Below are positions 59,946-64,000 of a DNA stretch of 64,000 nucleotides, piece by piece. The stretch spans positions 703,326 to 767,325 of the forward strand of contig CAXWPL010000002.1 of the NCBI GenBank assembly GCA_963666215.2. Direction: 5' to 3'. A program made the position numbers and the translations under genes. The stretch is from Acidobacteriota bacterium. GTDB lineage: Bacteria; Acidobacteriota; UBA890; WLXD01. Under the pieces are notes generated by a model. It saw only the letters and a list, made by a program, of their open reading frames with translations, was not told the DNA's origin and did no database searches. Position 1 is the first letter of the stretch. Every line of letters starts with the position of its first letter.

Positions 59946-62085
59946 GACCGAGGTGCTCGTCGAAGAAGCGTTCCATCTTGTCGAACGCGTCGAGCCAGCT
60001 CCGCTGGCGGGCGAAGAAGTGGTTTTCGCCGGGATAGATCTCGAACTCGAATCGCTTGCCGCGCTTCAGGAGCTCATCCACCAGCTTGATCGAATTGGTG
60101 AGGTTGACGGCGGTGTCCGCGGTTCCCTGGAGGGTGAACAGCGGAACGCTGAGCCCGTCGATGAAGTTGATCGCAGAAGCACTGAAGAAGGCTTCCGGGT
60201 TCTCCGTCGGAGTTCCCAGGCGATTCTGCACCCACGAGTTCCGGACATCCCAGGGCCCTCCTTCGACGAAGTAGTCGAATCCTCCGGCGATGTTGATGCC
60301 GGCCTGGAACACATCGGGATGTTTGAACAGGACGGTCATGACCATGCGGCCGCCGGTACTGAGCCCGTAGACACCCAATCGCTGCTCGTCCACGTAACCG
60401 AGCTTCTTGAGGTAATCGACCCCGCGAACGACATCAACGATGGGGTCGTCACCGAGCGCTAGGTAGTCGGCAGTGCGAAAATCGCGTCCGTAGCCGTAGC
60501 TGCCGCGATAATCCATGCTGAATACCACGTAGCCGAGGTCCGCCAGACGCTGGTGCCATGCCCACCAGGTGACGTGGGTCTTGTTGGGACCCGGCCCGAG
60601 GAAGACGGCTTGATCGATGGCTGCTCCGTGGAGATGCACGATTCCGGGATACTCTTGGCGAGGATCGAACTCCGAGGGCAGGAACAGCTGTCCCGCGATC
60701 GGGAGGTCGCCTTTTCCCGGATAAGTGATGATCTTCGGCGGCTGCCAATCGTGCTGCTGGAGCTCCGCCGTCATCGAGCTAGTGAGCTGCTCGGGACGGC
60801 TCTCCCGGTCGAGGCCGATGACCCAGAGGTCGGGGAAATGTGCATAATCCGACCGGATATAGGCCACGTGACGTCCGTCCGGGGACGGGAGCGCATAGGT
60901 GTTCGTCCCCGGGTGATCAGTCAGGGGCCGCCTCTCTCCCCGTTCGACGTCCAGCAGAAAGATCTGGCGCTGCTCGGGGCCGGGATCGGTCGCGACGAAC
61001 ACGACTCGTTTCCCGTCCGGGGTCCACTCCGGATAGCTGACCTCGAATGCTCCCGAGGTGAGTTGTCGCCGATGTCCGTCGTCGATGGTCTGCAAGTAGA
61101 GATGGTTCCAGCCATCCTCGTCGCTCGTGAACAGTACCGATCGACCATCCGGTGAGAACTCCGCCATACGATCCTTGGGCGTTATGTACTTGTCGTCGAC
61201 CTGGGCGTACAGGCTCTCCGTCTTCGCTCCATCAGCATCGGCAAGCAAGAGCGTGCGGCTCTTCGTGTCGCGGCTCTGGCGCTCGACAAGGACGGCGTCA
61301 CTGTCGGGAGACCAGTCGAGGACGCGTTCCTGATGGGTCGAACCTGCCAGGATCCGGACGGGCGGGTGGTCGCCGTCAAGTTGCACGACTGCAGCATCGG
61401 TCGTCACCCGTCTGGACCATCTGAACGCGAGCAACGGGCCGGAGTACGGCGGCCGTGCCCAACTGACCGCGGCAGGATCGCTGATCCCGAACGCGATCTT
61501 CTCGCCGTCCGGAGACCACCGCAGGGGTCCGCGCCCACGCCCGTCCGCGGTGACCCTCCGCGACTGCCCGTCGTCCTCCAGCCCGAGCAGGTAGACGTTG
61601 CCGTCCCGCAGGTACGCGAGACGGTGCCCGTCGGGTGCGAAGGACGGGGCGGTTTCCGCCTCGACCGTATCGGTGAGGCGTATCGAATCGCCTGCCGGCA
61701 CGGCGACCCTGTACAGATCGCCCCGGTGACTGTAGACGATGCTCGAGCCATCGGGTGACCAGCTGCCGAAGCTTCCATCGACGCTCCAACTTCCGGTTCC
61801 CCCGATGAAGTCAGTCGAGCGCGTCAACGAGGTCGGCTCCCCGCCTTCCGGCTCGACGACGTAGAGGTTCTGGCTTTCCCAATCGGTCCACAGGAAGCTC
61901 AGGTAACGTCCGTTCGGCGACCATTGCGGCCGTGAGAGCCACCGCCCTTCGAAGTAACTCTCCAGCGTCAGGGAGGAGGACTCCGGATCATGGCTCGGGT
62001 CATGACTCTGGGGTGCAAGGCACAGCAGGCCCGCGATGGTGATCGCCGTCAAGAACGGGCCGTCACGCCTCTTCAGCTGCGGCAT
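59923..62085 (-). CDS. S9-family (DPP IV-like) serine peptidase
   Basis: WD40-like WSPDG repeats; DYRGS.GYG, GLSTGG nucleophile, QGTAD, GENH. Confidence 0.92.
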   Translation of the reverse strand: MPQLKRRDGPFLTAITIAGLLCLAPQSHDPSHDPESSSLTLESYFEGRWLSRPQWSPNGRYLSFLWTDWESQNLYVVEPEGGEPTSLTRSTDFIGGTGSWSVDGSFGSWSPDGSSIVYSHRGDLYRVAVPAGDSIRLTDTVEAETAPSFAPDGHRLAYLRDGNVYLLGLEDDGQSRRVTADGRGRGPLRWSPDGEKIAFGISDPAAVSWARPPYSGPLLAFRWSRRVTTDAAVVQLDGDHPPVRILAGSTHQERVLDWSPDSDAVLVERQSRDTKSRTLLLADADGAKTESLYAQVDDKYITPKDRMAEFSPDGRSVLFTSDEDGWNHLYLQTIDDGHRRQLTSGAFEVSYPEWTPDGKRVVFVATDPGPEQRQIFLLDVERGERRPLTDHPGTNTYALPSPDGRHVAYIRSDYAHFPDLWVIGLDRESRPEQLTSSMTAELQQHDWQPPKIITYPGKGDLPIAGQLFLPSEFDPRQEYPGIVHLHGAAIDQAVFLGPGPNKTHVTWWAWHQRLADLGYVVFSMDYRGSYGYGRDFRTADYLALGDDPIVDVVRGVDYLKKLGYVDEQRLGVYGLSTGGRMVMTVLFKHPDVFQAGINIAGGFDYFVEGGPWDVRNSWVQNRLGTPTENPEAFFSASAINFIDGLSVPLFTLQGTADTAVNLTNSIKLVDELLKRGKRFEFEIYPGENHFFARQRSWLDAFDKMERFFDEHLGHDAARSR

Positions 62086-62130
62086 TGGTCGCCACTTTTC
62101 CTCGGAGTTCTCTATATGCAGCCATGGAAG

Positions 62131-64000
62131 TCACTCGGTCTTCGATTCCGGCCGCAAGGCGAAGGCAACCAGAAGCCCGTCCTCTCCCGAGCCCGTCGCG
62201 ATGACGACGTATTGACGTCCAGACGCCGTCCGATAGGTCATCGGCGTTCCGGTCGTCGGCTGCGGCAACAGTGCCCGCCACAGCTCCTTGCCCGTCGCCT
62301 TGTCAAGCGCATGAAGCGCCGTGTCACCGCCGCCCACGAATACGAGGCCGCCCTTCGTCACGATCGCTCCCGGGGGGCCCTGGGCTCCCAACTGGGCAGG
62401 AAGGCGTACGCCCTGAAGAGCCGGATGATTCCGCAATCCCGGGGTGCTCCCGAGCGTCACGCGCCATGCGATGGTCCCCTCGTCGAGGTCGATTGCCGTC
62501 AGCGTCCCGTAAGGAGGCTTGAGCAAGGGCAGGCCCCCCATGAACGCGCCGCGTGATGAAGCCATCGTCCATTCTGCGTCGCTCGGCCATCGTTCCGTCA
62601 CTCCTGGACCGAGCGACGGTGCTTCAACGGGGCTGTCGGTACCGGTTCTGGTGCTCCTTTCGGCCCGCTCGAGACGCGCGAAGAGCAGTCCCTCGGAGCT
62701 CTTCACGTACAGATAGCTGGTGTCGGGATCGAACGCCGCCCCTCCCCAGTTGGCTCCACCGAGAGCGCCGGGTCGTGTGAGCGTCCCCTCGACAGAGGGC
62801 GGTGTGTAGATCGGCCCGAGCCGGTACCCCTTCATCTCCTGCTGTGCCGCGGCCTTCAGCTCGGGTGTCAAGTCGAAGGCGTCGTCGAGACTGACGCCCT
62901 GTTCAGCGAACGGTGGAGGCTTGGTGGGAAAAGGCTGGGTCGGCCAGGTGCTCTCTCCCGGCACGTCGCTCTGCGGTACCGGTCGTTCCTCGATCGGCCA
63001 GACCGGTTCACCGGTGACTCGATCAAAGACGAAGGTGAATCCCATCTTCGTGACCTGGGCCACCGCGTCGACTCGCTGGCCCTCGACCTCGATGGTCACG
63101 AGGTTGGGCGCTGCAGGAAGATCGTAATCCCAGACTCCGTGATGAACGAGCTGATAATGCCATCGCCGCTCGCCGGTCTCGGCGTCGAGGCAAACCAGAG
63201 ACTCGGCGAAGAGGTTCTGACCGTGTCTCCGACCCCCATAGAAATCGTGACTCGGGGTGCTCACCGGCAGGAACAAGAGGCCCCTCTGCTCGTCCAGCGA
63301 CATGGGCGCCCAGACATTCACGTGCCCGGTGTCCTTCCAGGAGTCCCCCTCCCACGTGTCGTTCCCGAACTCGCCTTCACGCGGCACGGTCTCGAAGCGC
63401 CATACCTGACGTCCCGAGTGGGCGTCGTACGCTCGAACGTCCCCCGGCGGATCGTAAGCGAAGATCAACGGATCCGGGATGTGGCTTCCGACGATGACCA
63501 AGTCCTTGTAGACGACGGCAGGCGATCGCGTCTCGAAATGCCGAGGATCGATCTCGCGGCTCAAGCCTTGGCTGAGGTCGACCACGCCGTTGTCTCCGAA
63601 GGAAGTCACAGGACGACCAGTCGCGGCATCCAGGCGAACGAGCTTCGCCCGTACGTTGAGGAAGATCTGCAGCCGTTCGCCGTCCCACCAGGGAGCCACC
63701 CCTCTGTGGACGAATCCGATTCCGGCATAGCCCTGTCCGGTTTTGTAGGTGCCCGGGTCGTAGCTCCAGAGCTCGGATCCCGTGTCGGCGTCAAGGGCGA
63801 CGACCCGTCCATACGGCGTGCTCAGATAGAGCACGCCGGCGATCATCAGGGGCGTCGCCTCGAACTTGCCCGGGACGGTGCGTACCCTTCACTGAGCCTC
63901 TCTCCGTGACTCCACTCCCACGCCACCTCCAGGTCTTCGACGTTGGTCCTGTCGATTTGATCCAGCGTTGAGTATTTCGTCGCCGCTTGATCACCGCCGT
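62131..64000 (-). CDS. PQQ-dependent dehydrogenase (glucose/quinate dehydrogenase-like); start beyond the window; 1-nt frameshift near 63881
   Basis: GGDQAATKYSTLDQIDRTNVEDLEVAW in one frame, then FEATPLM, RGVA, PGDVRAYD, HHGVWDYD, PTQPFP, GGANW, KPPYG, TPMTY. Confidence 0.88.

Noticed and set aside
62131-63846. WDYD as proof of lanthanide dependence
   Set aside because: This motif is also normal in glucose-dehydrogenase-like PQQ enzymes, so it is not diagnostic

Overview
GC-rich bacterial chromosomal window. The gene repertoire suggests an Acidobacteriota-like organism (inference). 1-48.9 kb is mostly core and metabolic genes: cysS (5' part), ribF, a PhnP-like hydrolase, and a variant cytochrome c maturation operon (CxxxY-type CcmE, no ccmG/H, two uncharacterised CcmI-like genes, IS481 inserted at the ccmB stop). 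These are followed by deoB, moaADE, dinB, fumC, a BON/HhH membrane pair, an NCS2 permease, pal, and a cyanophycin locus in which an iadA 5' fragment is joined to a 5'-truncated cphA and followed by a CphA paralogue lacking the ATP-grasp domain. Further on lie a MITE-like palindromic element, transporters and hydrolases, a Crp regulator and an ECF sigma/NrsF-like pair. 49-57.6 kb is an integration hotspot: a beta-barrel/IS1182 chimera, tRNA-Sec, tRNA-Ala, a damaged tRNA-Val and a tRNA-Thr with an altered 3' end, each followed by attachment-arm-like direct repeats, then adjacent truncated IS3/IS21/IS6 elements. The window ends with two PQQ-type dehydrogenases and an S9 peptidase. Single-base frameshifts and two chimeric junctions may be biological or assembly artefacts. 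All calls come from reading motifs by eye; no searches were run.
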